A stretch of 55,879 nucleotides of DNA. Origin: Chara braunii (taxonomy: Eukaryota > Plantae > Charophyceae). Location of the stretch: NCBI GenBank assembly GCA_003427395.1, contig BFEA01000025.1:510640-566518 (forward strand). Reading direction: 5' to 3'. Shown here in pieces: positions 1 through 11,707 of the stretch (positions are counted from its first letter, which is position 1; each line of letters starts with the position of its first letter). Made by a program: the position numbers and the translations under genes. Under the pieces are notes generated by a model. It made no database searches, was not told the origin of the DNA, and saw only the letters and a program-made list of their open reading frames with translations.

Positions 1-8
1 GACGGGCG

Positions 9-1100
9 GTGCGGAACCACAAGGATCTGCACGAGGATGCTACACGGGCACTTGATTCCCATGTAGAGGACTTGGAGCAAGTTGCACCAAGACCAGATGA
101 TGGCGAGTCCAGCAGCGCACCCTCTACCTGCCAATTGGAGGAACGAGTTGACCACGTAGTCGCAATGCTCGGCGACATCAGCATCTTCGCTGCACCAGCC
201 ACCATCAGCAAGCAGCTGGACACCTTGAAGACCGAGGTTCAGCAACTGCACCATCAAGACCCGGTCCCCTGGTGGGAGGGCTTTATGACGCAACTTCGGA
301 TTCTTTTCGTCCCCGAGCACTCGTACATCGGCGCGTTGTTCCTCAACTCAAAGGTCGGATGCCAGATCTGGCTCAGCCACCTGGCAACCATTCACGGCGT
401 CCAGGTCGCCGATCTACATGAGAAGATCTCTTGGGAAGAGTTGACGAGGCTATGGAAGAAGCGATTCATCGTGGACGACGCCCTGACGCTTGCCATCAAC
501 CGCCTCTTCGCCATGACCCAAGGTAACACATCGACACACGACTGGCTCACGGAATGGCAAAAGATCGCTGCAGCGCCCGATCTCGAGTTGCCATTTTTGC
601 ATCTGTCCAGGGAGTTCTACAACCGGCCATGTGCCTCCTTGAGCATCGCACTTGGTGATGGCGAGCAATACTCGACCTTCGCCGAAATCATCGACAAGGC
701 AAGGGAGATCATCAAGACCAACAGGGCGGTTGCACACGAGAAGTCAGCGTGGCAGCCAACCTATGTGGAGAAAGGAAAATTTGGTCCGCGTTCGCAGCAT
801 GTCGCTGCAGTCCAACCGGACAACATTGTGAAAGACCTGGCAGCCACCCAAGCATCACGTGAGGGAGATCAGGTGGCCGCTGTCCAGCCGTGAAGCAACA
901 ACAACTCTCGAGGAAAAGGGAAGGCGAAAACCGCATCGCCGGCCGGAAGCGAACAGCCAGCACCATGGGTCAAGTTTCACTTGACCAAGGCCGAATACAA
1001 GTGGCGTGGTCGGTATGGCTGCTGCTATGGGTGCAACAGCACCAAGCACAAGACCTCCCAAAGCCTGGATCAAGGCAAGGAGGATGTTCGGGAAACTGAG
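9..1100 (+). pseudogene. gag region of the gypsy element
   Basis: Retrotransposon-gag-like ORF 9-893 (WEELTRLWKKRF..LAINRLFAMTQG..DWLTEWQKI), with stop/frameshift after 893. Confidence 0.8.
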
Positions 1101-1589
1101 TTGCACGGGAGGTGAGGCGACTCCACCTCTCACTCCGCCAGATTCGGCCGCCTTGCTAGCGGCCTCCTACACATATGGGGAGGATGCGAATGTCGCAAGT
1201 CCTCGGTTCACTTACGAGGATTATGCTGTCCACTTGGTCCTACCGTTGGACCAACCACTCCACGTGCAACAATCCACCGCATGCACGGTTTCACCACCAT
1301 CGGCAACCGATTCGGCAGCTTCGCCGCCATCCATCGTCGGGGATTCAACGTCATGGTCAAGACTTGAAGAGCTTGACCCGTTGATGTTCGCGGACTTCCA
1401 ATGGATGCCCCTTCCCCCGTCCGGTCGATTGTCGAAACGGCATTGCAACGTGCTCATGGCACAATTGCGGGATTACTTGCACACTGCAGTACCAACTCTA
1501 TTGATGGACGTCGGAGTAGAGGTTGTCGACCCTCACGACTACGTTGCGAAGATCGACCGCGAGTTCAAGACACAACGGTAGGACGACAT

Positions 1590-2945
1590 CGACGCGCCAT
1601 TGTTGTACATATGCATTCAGATCGGAGAGACGACCTGCAGCGCTTTGATCGATTGCAGAGCTACTCGCAACTACATGAGCCAAGACTTATGGTACGCGCT
1701 GGCCTTGGGCCACGCGTTCGAAGAAAGTCGCAGCCTACGCAAGTCACGTTGGTCGACGGTCAAACGCACAAGTCAATCGACCAATGCATTGATTATGTCC
1801 CCGTGTACTTCGCCCGGCATGCAAGCGAGGCCGTGTCCTTCGATATTTTGGACACTCAATTCGACATGATCTTGGGCATGTCATGGTTGTGAAGCGAGGA
1901 TCACCCTGTGAACTTTTACGGCTGCACCGTTTACGTTCGTGATCGGAACGGAGTACAGACGGTGCCTCCTCCTCACCCTTCGATCAGTTGCCACGTGGTG
2001 TCCGCCGCTACAAGACCGCGTTTAAAACGCGATATGGGCATTTCGAATGGTTGGTTATGCCTTTTGGCCTTACGAATGCCTTGGCCACATTCCAAGCGGC
2101 TATGACAACGGAGTTCCGACACATGCTGGATAGATTCGTACTCATCTACCTCGACGATATCTTGGTGTGCAGCCGGAGTTTGGACTGGCATGTGGAGCAC
2201 CTGCGCACCGTTTTGGAGCGGTTACGACAAGCCCATTACAAAGCCAACCGCGACAAATGCGAATTCGCGCGGCAAGAGTTCGAGTACTTGTGACATTATG
2301 TGACGCCGCAAGGCATCCGTCCGTTTGCGGACAAGATCGAGGCCATCCGCGTATGGCCTGAGCCCACCAACACCACGGACGTTCGCTCATTCATGGGGTC
2401 AACGCTTCATCACCGGGTACCGGGTACTCAAGGATTGTCGCACCTATGACGAGATTACAATCGCCAAAGGTGCCATTCGTATTCGATGACGACGCACAGC
2501 GGTCATTCCAAGCACTCAAGACGGCCATGCTCATGGCACTCGTCATGAGCATCTATGACCCCACCGTGCCAACGAGAGTGACAACTGACGCTTCCGGCTA
2601 TGGCATAGGGGCAGTCTTGGAACAACACGATAGCGACGACTGGCACCCCGTGGAGTATTTCAGCCACAAAGTGCCTCCCATCATTCACTTGATGATGCAA
2701 GGAAGAAGGAGCTGCTCTCGTTCGTAATGGCTCTCAAGTGATGGCGGCACTTCCTCCTTGGGCATCGTAGGTTCACATGGGTCATGGACAACAACCCGTT
2801 GACCTACTGCAAGACGCAGGATACGGTGAGCAGCACGATCGGACAATGGATATCCTTCATCGACCAATTTGACTTCACACTGAAACATCTCGTCGGCCTC
2901 TCCAATCGCGCAACAGATGCACTCTCGCGAAGACCCGATCTTTGC
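1590..2945 (+). pseudogene. gypsy pol: aspartic protease, internally deleted RT, RNase H
   Basis: ALIDCRAT (DSGA-like), FDMILGMSWL, KTAFKTRYGHFEWLVMPFGLTNA, YLDD, VTTDASGYGIGAVL. The N-terminal half of RT is missing at ~2008 (CHVVSAA abuts YKTAF). Multiple stops and frameshifts. Confidence 0.93.
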
Positions 2946-2989
2946 ACTATGACATGTCATGCCTTCGCATTCGACGAGGAACTCCAGCG

Positions 2990-4503
2990 ACACTCATCCG
3001 GGGCTATGAGTCTGATCCGGATTTCGCTACGTTGTATGCGCAGCTATCTTCGGATCACCTGCCGGCCAGCCACTATCGCATCGTTGACGGGTACTTGCTC
3101 CTCCACTCGCGAGGCAAGGACTTATTGTGTGTCCCACGAGACCGTCGTCTTCGGACTCGCCTTCTCGGTGAGTACCATGACTCACGACTCGCCGGCCATT
3201 TTAGAGTCAATCGCACTATTGCACGACTTCGACAACGATTCCGATGGCCCGACCTCGTTACCGATGTCACTCGGTATTGCGACTCTTGCGAAGTTTGTCG
3301 ACTAAGCAAACCCCGCAACCGCAATCCCTACGGAGAGTTGCGCCCGATGCCTATCCCACGGTAACCCGGCCTCTCCATTGCCATGGACATCACCGGTCCG
3401 TTGCCCCGCGATCGCCTCAGGCACGACGGCATCCTCACAGTTGTTGACCGTTTGAGTAAGTACGGTCAGTTTCTCCCTTGCAAGTACTACGCCATGGCGC
3501 CCGAACTTGCGCGCCTATTGCACAACGGCTGGATTTGCAGCCACGGCGTACCGGAAGACATCGTTAGCGACCGCGACACTCGCTTCATGTCGGTATTCTG
3601 GACTTCTCTCATGCAGGAATCCAACACGAAGATGAAACCAAGTTCGGCTCGGCATCCACAAACGGATGGGAAAACGGAGCGGGCACATCAAACCGCTCAA
3701 ATGATGCTTCGTATACTCATCCGACCGGATCAGAAGGATTGGGTTGACCGCCTCCCCGACATCGAGTTCGCCTACAGCACTTTGTTGCATCCGGCGATCA
3801 GCGTGACTCCATTCGAGTTGCACCACGGTGGCCGGAAAGGCCGTATCGTCGCTGATCTTCTCTTCCCACGAACAGCCGACATAGACGCCGCTTGCTCCCC
3901 CGCTTCCGTCCGGAAGTACAGGGAATTGTTGGCTCAAGCCCGCGTGAACATGCAAAAGGCTCAAGTTCGCATGCAGCAGCAAGCCAACAGACGTTGCGTG
4001 CCATGTCCCATCCACGCCGGTGATCTGGTTTGGGTCTCCGGGGAAGAGTTTGCGCTCGAGCAGGATGTTTCACGCAAACTACTCCCCAAGTGGTTTGGAC
4101 CATGGCCTGTAACATCAGCCGCGGGCGATGAGCCCGATGGCCCCTCATTTGTGATCAACATTCCCCCGCATCTGACGGTCCATCCAGTCTTTCACGCTTC
4201 GTAGCTGGCGACATATACACCAGCCAAGAGCCGCGTCATCACGGATCGCAAGTACGGCAGCAAACCTCGACAGTACAAAGTTACCTTCAAAGCGGCAGCA
4301 AACCTCGACAGTACAAAGTTACCCTCAAAGCATGCAATCCCGACGACACTCGAAGGATTTCAGGAGCAGATTTGAAAGCATCCACACCACTGATCTACGC
4401 TCACTACGAACGACAAAGGTTAGCTAAGGGAGCTTCACGACCTGCCCCTCCCACCCGGACTTTGGTCCCTCCCTCAGACAGACAGCTTCGCCCTCGCAGG
4501 TAA
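2990..4503 (+). pseudogene. gypsy integrase (HHCC + DDE core) with C-terminal chromodomain
   Basis: YHDSRLAGH..YCDSCEVC, MDITGPLP, IVSDRDTRF, HPQTDGKTER, KLLPKWFGPW, VHPVFHAS, then RVITDRKYGSKPRQYKVTFKA..PDDTR.IS.ADL; stop at 4501-4503. Confidence 0.92.
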
Positions 4504-4515
4504 GCTCGGTCTTTC

Positions 4516-4527
4516 AAGGAGGGGGGG
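4516..4527 (+). promoter_or_regulatory. Polypurine tract
   Basis: AAGGAGGGGGGG right after the pol stop and immediately before TG. Confidence 0.8.
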
Positions 4528-5388
4528 TGGCATACTGCGCAGCCACACAGGCTTGCAGGGCCCAACCAGCGTTTTCCAGCCTAAAAGTCTGAAAACAAGG
4601 GCCTACAGGCCCTGTGTCGTTTTCAGCCTAAAAGCCTGAAAACAAGGGCCTACAGGCCCTGTGTCGTTTTCAGCCTGAAAGCCGGAAAACGAGGGCCTAC
4701 AAGCCCTACGTCGTTTCAGCCTAAAACAGGGCCCTCCACGCCCTGAGTCTTTCAGCCTGAAATGGAAGGCCATTTTCAGGCCGTCATAAGATTGACCTGC
4801 CCTGAAACTTAGCCACCAGACCAGGGTTTTAGCACAGGCCATTTTTGGCCTGTTTTCAAGACAACCCTTGTTTGAACTTCAACGCCAGGGTCTGGCACGT
4901 TTTGGCATTGGCAAGAGCAGCCTCCTGGACGGGCCAGCACTATATAAGACTGGCCCGCCCTACAGGCTGCAGACAGGTAGTTCATAGGAACTTCCCAGGC
5001 AGTAGTAGTAGTAGCGTTAGCAGTAGTCTTCAGCTCTGGGCGCTATCAGGAGCTGGGGTAGTAGTGGAGAGAGTGAGATGGTTGGCGGAGGCCAGGGAGA
5101 CTTACCTGTGGCGCCATAGCTCCAGCTTCGTCTTCGATGTACCTGCGACAAGGCGCCACCTTCGCAGGTTAGTACCGGACTGAGAAGGGCTGCAGGGTAT
5201 GATTCCCCGAAAACGACCGCTCTTCAAGCCGCCTCATCTCGTATAAACGCCAGGGTGCTTGCATCACAGCTCCAGGCACGAAGTGCAGGCCGAATGAAAT
5301 GAATGTGCTTTTATGGCATGCTTTGTTTCCTCTACTGTTGCCAGTTGAAGGTAAGCCATATGCCCCTAGTGTGAAGTTCGGTCGCACA
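4528..5388 (+). repeat. 3' LTR (right end approximate) with TATA box at ~4941 and ~47-bp palindromic tandem repeats at ~4570-4760
   Basis: Starts TG after the PPT; candidate end GTCGCACA; TATATAAG at 4941; repeat unit CTGAAAACAAGGGCCTACAGGCCCTGTGTCGTTTTCAGCCTAAAAG. Confidence 0.7.
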
Positions 5389-6213
5389 CTTTTATAACTA
5401 TAGGTGACCTTACGGCCGAGAGAGAGAGAGTTCTTCTTCCTCTTCTAAGTCCACCATCTCCTCCTCCCCCTCTCGCTACCTGACTTCTCAGGATCTGCAG
5501 ACTACGAGAGAGAGAGAGAGAGATTGGTGACTTTGGGACTTGAAGACATTTGGGTCCAGACTCGACATTGGGATTCAGACATTTGACGAGGGATTATGTG
5601 GGACCTGTACCGAAGACTTGGTGTTGACGACATTCCCATCTTCCCCTCTTCTTCGTCTAACCCCCCTCTTCTTCGTCTGTGTATGGTTGGGACTGACACA
5701 TTCTTCCTGTGTGAGCGCCAGGCCCCTTCACACCATGGAATGATGATGATGTATGTCTGGTCTGCATGGCAACATTGATTGTTCAGATCATTGGTATTTA
5801 AGCCTTCCGCTGTGCTATCTTGTACTATGCGAGAGAGGTCGGTTCTTGTTCTGGTCTGTACAATTACGGTATGCGACAGAAGGTTGCGGTATTCCTTTTG
5901 GATGGGTGGAGGTGGGAGTGATGTGGGAGGGGGGGGCTACCTCCCTTAGGCATCCTGGGTACACGTAATAACAATATCCTGAGCACATACCTCTGGAGTA
6001 AACGGGAGGGAGGCGGTGGTGCTGGCTCACAAGTCAGAAAGGGCTGGTGGGAAGTTGTGGAAGATTGGGAAAGGTCTTTGGGAACCTTGCGACATGGAAC
6101 GCCAAAGTGGCGCTTGATGGTCTCTGAACCTCCTTTAGGCATCCTGGTTACAAGGAATAACACCATGCAGAACAAGGAGGAGAAGAGGATGTCAGATCCA
6201 CACGCATCTTAGC

Positions 6214-6248
<35 letters not shown>

Positions 6249-6469
6249 NNNNNNNNNNNNNNNNNNNNNNNNNNNNNNNNNNNNNNNNNNNNNNNNNNNN
6301 NNNNNNNNNNNNNNNNNNNNNNNNNNNNNNNNNNNNNNNNNNNNNNNNNNNNNNNNNNNNNNNNNNNNNNNNNNNNNNNNNNNNNNNNNNNNNNNNNNNN
6401 NNNNNNNNNNNNNNNNNNNNNNNNNNNNNNNNNNNNNNNNNNNNNNNNNNNNNNNNNNNNNNNNNNNNN

Positions 6470-6526
<57 letters not shown>

Positions 6527-6586
6527 TGGTGGGCTACATTCGTTGGCTGGTTAATAGTAACTTGATACATGAATCGATGCTTGCAG

Positions 6587-6653
6587 ATGCGGCGACGCAA
6601 ACTTGATTGATGTGCCTGTACAGATCAAGTCGACCGATTGGCGGATCTATCAC
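6587..6653 (+). CDS. SUVR4: Internal exon of a SUVR1/2/4-type histone-lysine N-methyltransferase (SET domain)
   Basis: TTGCAG|...|GTGAGT; translates (R)CGDANLIDVPVQIKSTDWRIYH, matching the SUVR4-type segment NHRC.DAN.ID.P..I...D..YYH. Confidence 0.88.
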
Positions 6654-7104
6654 GTGAGTCCTTTCTTTTTCCTTCCCGTTTTTACATTTTTCTGTCCCAC
6701 ATTTGACGCTGTCATGCCCAGCACAATGTGATTGGTCAGCCTTGCACCTGTGCAAACGCAGACTGTTTGTGTATGCTATCTCCCTCTTTTTGTTCCCACC
6801 GAAGAGCAGAACTAGTTACGATCTAGATGAGAGCACCCCGTCAAATGTGGCTGACTGGTGCACACATGTAACAGTTGACACAAAAGGGCACCACCTCCTT
6901 TTCCAAGTAAAAGGGGCTTTGATTGGCTGTGAGTCCACGTGGTGAAGTATAGGCGGTATGTGAGACCTTGCCGCTCTTTCAGCTGAGGTGTGTTCTTTGC
7001 TTGTTAGTGGAGGAACTCACATCAGCTCAGACGCCTCTCATAAGGAAATCCGCAGCCTTGCATTTAGAAATCCTCTACCTTGCATGTTGAAATTCATTCG
7101 AAGA

Positions 7105-7140
7105 ATACCGTTCTCGGCCTTTTGGCTTAGATAAACTGTA
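7105..7140 (+). pseudogene. U2 snRNA 5' fragment (nt ~1-36)
   Basis: ATACCGTTCTCGGCCTTTTGGCTTAGATAAACTGTA, about 32/36 identical to the plant U2 5' end as recalled. Confidence 0.85.
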
Positions 7141-7143
7141 ACA

Positions 7144-8830
7144 TTTTATTTATTTATTTTTTGTTAAGAATGCAAGCTGCCTTCTCCTCATATGGAGCAC
7201 AGCTGCATTTTTACTACTCTATTTTCTTCTCTCAGTAGTCTTTTTTTTATCTCACACTACCTACCCTGAGCTATGTACTTGGGTTTAGGGCCTTTAGGCC
7301 TTCAGCGTCATAGACTACGGAAGGGGAGGCCAACTACACTACCCCATAAGTCTAGCAGCGAAGGACTACTCTTTATAGGACAGAAAACCACTATTTTATT
7401 TGTATTTTTATTTTTATTTTTTTTGGTGCTCACTGGACCCACCCCATTCCTACCTCAATGTTCTTCTTCCTTAGTGTAACCCCGGCTTCTCCATCTACGG
7501 GGGGCACTGTTGAAGCTTACCTCGGGTATACCAGACAGCCGCAGTTGCAGGCACCGGCTCTAGGCCAGGACAACCCCTCCCAGCCCTAGTTGAAGCACAC
7601 TATCGGCCGAGCCTTGTCGTACGGGCACCACTTCGGTCTCCAAGCATGATAGTCCTATGCACTTTCCTTGTGAGCGCCAGCCCTGGGTTGGTCAGACAGC
7701 AAACGTTCCACGGATCTACCCCAGGTAGCAGTGTCTACTGGTCCTGCCCTTGACCAAGGTCTTACTAAGGCAGCCTCCTGACCCAACCCAGGCAACATGT
7801 TCCTAGCACAGCCTATTGCTGCCTTGTATTAGGGGTTTTGTGTTGTCGTCATGGATATTTAGTTATCCAGTTCATATTGAGGGGTCAAGGTTACGGGTCC
7901 GTAACTGTCGCACCATTTCGCCACAGGGCCGATTCCTGTGAGGGAAAACCTCCGGCCCATCCCCCCTTGCACCCCAGTTGCCTATCAGTTATAGTTTGCG
8001 TTTGGCGGGGTGGGGGGGGGAGGGGGGCCATTTTCCACCCCTGCTAGTGTCATATCGAGCGGGGAGGGTTATCGGTCCATAACCGTCGCACCAGTTCGCC
8101 AGAGGGCCGACTCCTGCCAGGGAAAACCTCCTGCCCACTCCCCCCCTGCACCCTGCCCAGTCCGTTATCAGCTGTGAGTTGTGTGTTTTTTGGAGTTGAA
8201 CCCGGGACCTCAAGTTACAATATATCAGAGCTCTACCCACTGAGCTATTGAGGTCACTAGTCTGTAAAGGCACTATGCCAGGCTCGGGGGCAAGTACATG
8301 GGGTGCAATCTACACCACCCAATTGTGCTCGGGGGAAATTGCGGGCTGACAAAGTTGAACCCGCAACCTCCACGTTGCAACACCGGAGCTCTGTCCACTG
8401 AGCTACCACGCGCTTGCTTTACCAACTGGCCGTCTCGAAAGGTAAGACGCAAAGCATGCCACAGGCACTATTGTGAGGGCAATAATGGGAGTTGAACCCA
8501 CGACCTCCTGAGTGCCGCTTGAACACCTTATCTGAGGTACAGAGGACCACCAATCTTAAGTATGCTAACCAGGACTAAGCTATCCTAAGGTTATGGGTCT
8601 ACGCCTACCTAACTCTGCTCTCTGCTGGGAGCAGCACCCAAGCTCCCTCCTAATACCTGGTGCGGGCGGGCTGGAAAGACAGACTCAACTTCCACAACCA
8701 GCTAGGAGGGGCACGCCTTTCTTTCTCAGTCGGTGAACCCGAAGTATGCCACACCGCGGGTCGTGCGGAATCGAATGGATGCCGTGGGGAATCGAATCTA
8801 TGCCGTGCGGAATTGAACCCACGACCTCCT
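7144..8830 (-). mobile_element. Stack of tRNA-derived SINE pieces, all on the minus strand
   Basis: A-box/B-box tRNA-like heads at ~8192-8250 and ~8354-8407, partial heads at ~8488-8535 and ~8810-8830; duplicated body at ~7880-8000 and ~8060-8190; 7210-7270 resembles the 3' end of the SINE at 10061-10470; T-rich tail at 7144-7165. Confidence 0.7.
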
Positions 8831-8868
8831 CCTGTGTACCACTTATGTCCTCAGTTGGTTGAGCACGT

Positions 8869-8885
8869 AAGTGTAATATCTGTTC
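8869..8885 (+). pseudogene. Second U2 snRNA-like fragment (nt ~30-46, branch-point recognition region)
   Basis: AAGTGTAATATCTGTTC vs U2 AAGTGTAGTATCTGTTC (16/17); no similarity beyond it. Confidence 0.55.
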
Positions 8886-9582
8886 CGTCTGACGGTGTAT
8901 ATAGAATGTGCACACGGTCATTGTTAATGGCGGGCTGAGAGAAAAAAGTGGCCCTTCCTCCCTTCTTCTTCAGATCCTTCAATAATTCGCTTCAGGCAAC
9001 CTAACGGTCGCCCACATACTCATATTGCTCCATTGGCGTGCATATATATCGACGTAGCCAGCCTCCTTGAACGGTCGCTCTCATACTATATATGTTCTAC
9101 ACTGTAGAAAGCGAAATCAGAAATCTAAATCTACTAAAAAACAAAGGAGCGAAGCAATGAGTATGAGTTCTCAAAAAAATGTGTCCAACTCAAACGAGCT
9201 CAGCGCCCCTTCACATGGATTCTGTCTTCTTAGGAACATTTTTTTCAGGTGCATGCGTGAAAAGAAAAAAAAGAATGAAAAAGGACGTGAAAAGGAACTT
9301 CACGAACGTTATTGCAATTGCATGCACGTTACGTATGTGCAAGAGTCGGGCTGTGTTTTCGTTGTTTTTCCTCCGAAGAGGGGGTAACCACTAGCGCTAT
9401 TGCGTGCACCAGAATTTGAATGTGTGATCTGTTCATCAACAGCCGCTACTGTGCACAATCCCGATTTGTACCTGCGAGGTGGGTACGGGGCTTTTCTTTG
9501 GCATTGTTTTCTTCGTGTTGGTTGGGTCTATCATGTGTCTTTCCTCCTAATCACTCGAATCTTCTGTCTTGCTGTGTTTCAG

Positions 9583-9633
9583 GTTGCATTCTTCACATGC
9601 AAAGCAGTAGAGGCCATGGAAGAGCTGACGTTG
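9583..9633 (+). CDS. SUVR4: Internal exon of the SUVR-type SET gene
   Basis: TTTCAG|...|GTAAGG; phase-compatible with both neighbours; VAFFTCKAVEAMEELTL matches AFFT.R.V.AM.ELTW. Confidence 0.9.
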
Positions 9634-9942
9634 GTAAGGAACTCCGTCCCACAGAGACTCAACTTCGTCCCACAGACCATGACGTAGGCCATCTATTTGC
9701 ATCAGAGGGAATGGTGCAGCAACTTGTTTTTCTTCTCTTTTTGATGTTTTATTTTCAAAGGCCCTGTAGGCTTGCGATATATCCACAAGTGACCGGCCCC
9801 TGGTATTTCAAAGAATTATCCACAGGTGAAAGGCCTCTGGATATTTCGTACCAGAGAGTACGAACTATACTAATGGTGAAACTCAGCGTGGCTATGAATG
9901 ATGTTGTACGAGCTTGTTGGACGCGCTTATTATGATTACGAG

Positions 9943-10501
9943 CTAGGCTACCAGAGTGGCCCGGGCCGAGTTGCTCGGCCGGACCAAAAATAAATATAAA
10001 TAAAAAATATTTTTTAACTTTATTTTTTGCTTTAAATTTGGTAACGAGTTTCGATGTGACGGCCTAACTCAGTTGGTAAGGGTCGCAAGTGGCATTCAGG
10101 AGGTCGTGGGTTCAGTCCCCATTGGCCTCATGTACCTTCCTGGGCATGTCTGGCGCCCGCCACCTAGAGATAGACCACTGGATCCTCCGATCGGCATTGA
10201 GCAGAGTCTGCTGATGTTCGTAGGGGAGGGAACCTGAGGGGAGGCACAGGGATTGGTCCTGTTGGCATGGTCCCTGATGCTACCGGCTGTCCCCTAGCCG
10301 GTATCGCCCACCTGCAGGTAGGGAGCAGCCCCCTCACGTTCTCTCGTGAACACGGTTCTGGCTGCTACGGGGTTCCCCGTATGCCTACAATTAGGAGTAG
10401 TTGTAGGTAGGTAGTTTGAGGTGAAATTTAGAGAAGAATATAGCTTTTTTATAATTAAAAAAAATAAAAAATTTTGTTCAGTTTATTTTTCTGCATAACA
10501 T

Positions 10502-10532
<31 letters not shown>

Positions 10533-10597
10533 CTTGCTAAGACCTTCCCTGGGCCTTGCACGGCCGAGCCGTCCGGGTGGCCGGGCTGGTACCCTAG
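9943..10597. mobile_element. Non-autonomous TIR element (MITE), hAT-like
   Basis: TIRs CTAGGCTACCAG...CTGGTACCCTAG; 8-bp TSD ATTACGAG (9935-9942 and 10598-10605); sister copy at 47916. Confidence 0.9.
10061..10470 (+). mobile_element. tRNA-derived SINE nested in the MITE
   Basis: GGCCTAACTCAGTTGGTAA (A box)...GTGGGTTCAGTCCC (B box), hairpin-rich body, A-rich tail; this block is absent from the sister MITE at 47916-48306. Confidence 0.75.
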
Positions 10598-11129
10598 ATT
10601 ACGAGTCATTTACCACTGTTAGGGCGGCATACTCACACTAGCTGTATCCTAAATGTATCTGACCAGATTTACGGCCGCCCAAGGATGTATCTGTCCGCAA
10701 TTGCATCTATAAATTAGTATTACTAGTCCCTAGTGCGTATGCCCCCTATCTAACCCTAGTACTGGTTCATAGTAACAAGGCTAGTAAATTAGAAAATCTT
10801 TAGCGGGCATTATTTTTTTGTTGTATTATTATACTAAATGTTAGCCCTGATCGTTTTTGTTTATTTATTTTTTTTAACTGAACAACTTTTTTTTTTTTTT
10901 TTATAAAAGCCGGGAACAGGGCCTGGTTCAACTTTTTTTTTTGTTTATTTTTAGTAATGACTCTAATGACGGACTGGGCAATTTTTTTTTTCTAAAATTA
11001 AAAAATATTTTGTAAATGAGTGGATGCCATGGTCCATCTGAACAAAACAATTCTAGTGTGCCATCTTCGGAATAATTCTGAAACTAATGGTCGTGTATGC
11101 GCTTTTGATAAATCTATTATCTAAGCTTT

Positions 11130-11290
11130 TTTTATTTTATTTTTTCCTTTCTTTTTTTTTTCTTTTTTACCACGTGGGCCTGCTAAAGGGGGTGGTATGA
11201 GCAACCCTCTCTAGCATCCCTCCGCTCATTGGTCCGTTCTACTGGTGGGGAGCTTCACCTGCTGGAAACCGTGTCCAGCGTCCCATAAAC
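11130..11290 (-). repeat. Structured retroposon 3' tail with poly(A); family also at ~28025-28130 and ~36897-37032
   Basis: Shared core GGAC.CG.TTTCCAGCAGGTG....TCCCCAC.A.TAGA in all three copies. Confidence 0.75.
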
Positions 11291-11649
11291 ATATGCTCAT
11301 GACCATGCGACCGATGCGATTACCCGGCTTCGCCTCAGAGGCCCCAACCTGTGCCCTAAATCGCCCAATAAATGTCGAATGATCGAATCCCATTGCTCAC
11401 ATATGATAGCATAATGCTTTTTTTTTTTTTTTTTAGCATAATAATGCTAAGAAGGAGATTCAAAATACCTACAATAGGTAGGTAATATGTGCATGTAGCA
11501 TAGCTTACCAGAAAGGCAACAAACTCTTGCATTCTTCTTTTTCCTTGGAATGAACTGATTTTCTTACAGCTGCAAATTGTGCGCAATGAAGGTGGTCCTG
11601 CCAACCTAGCGCCAACTAATCGTGTGTGGGGGAGGTTGAGGGCCGACAG

Positions 11650-11707
11650 AATCGAACCCGCAACCTCCCCGTTGCCACGCCAGAGCTCTAACTCTGCTGA
11701 GCTACCA
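11650..11707 (-). repeat. tRNA-like SINE head
   Basis: Reverse complement GGTAGCTCAGCAGAGTTAGAGCTCTGGCGTGGCAACGGGGAGGTTGCGGGTTCGAT; no acceptor stem. Confidence 0.65.

Larger units (their letters stand above)
1..5388 (+). mobile_element. Decayed Ty3/gypsy chromovirus LTR retrotransposon (5' end outside window), inside an intron of the SET gene
   Basis: Domain order gag-PR-RT-RH-INT-chromo across frameshifted ORFs, followed by a polypurine tract and an LTR-like segment. Confidence 0.95.

Noticed and set aside
5523-5620. IGDFGT*RH kinase-like DFG peptide
   Set aside because: Short, contains a stop, and no other kinase motifs nearby
6217-6522. (TC)n-gap-(GA)n inverted microsatellite, also at ~25630-25710
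   Set aside because: The centre is unsequenced, so a real palindrome cannot be told from a scaffolding artefact
8192-8407. Possible true tRNA genes
   Set aside because: A and B boxes are present but acceptor and anticodon stems do not pair; treated as SINE heads
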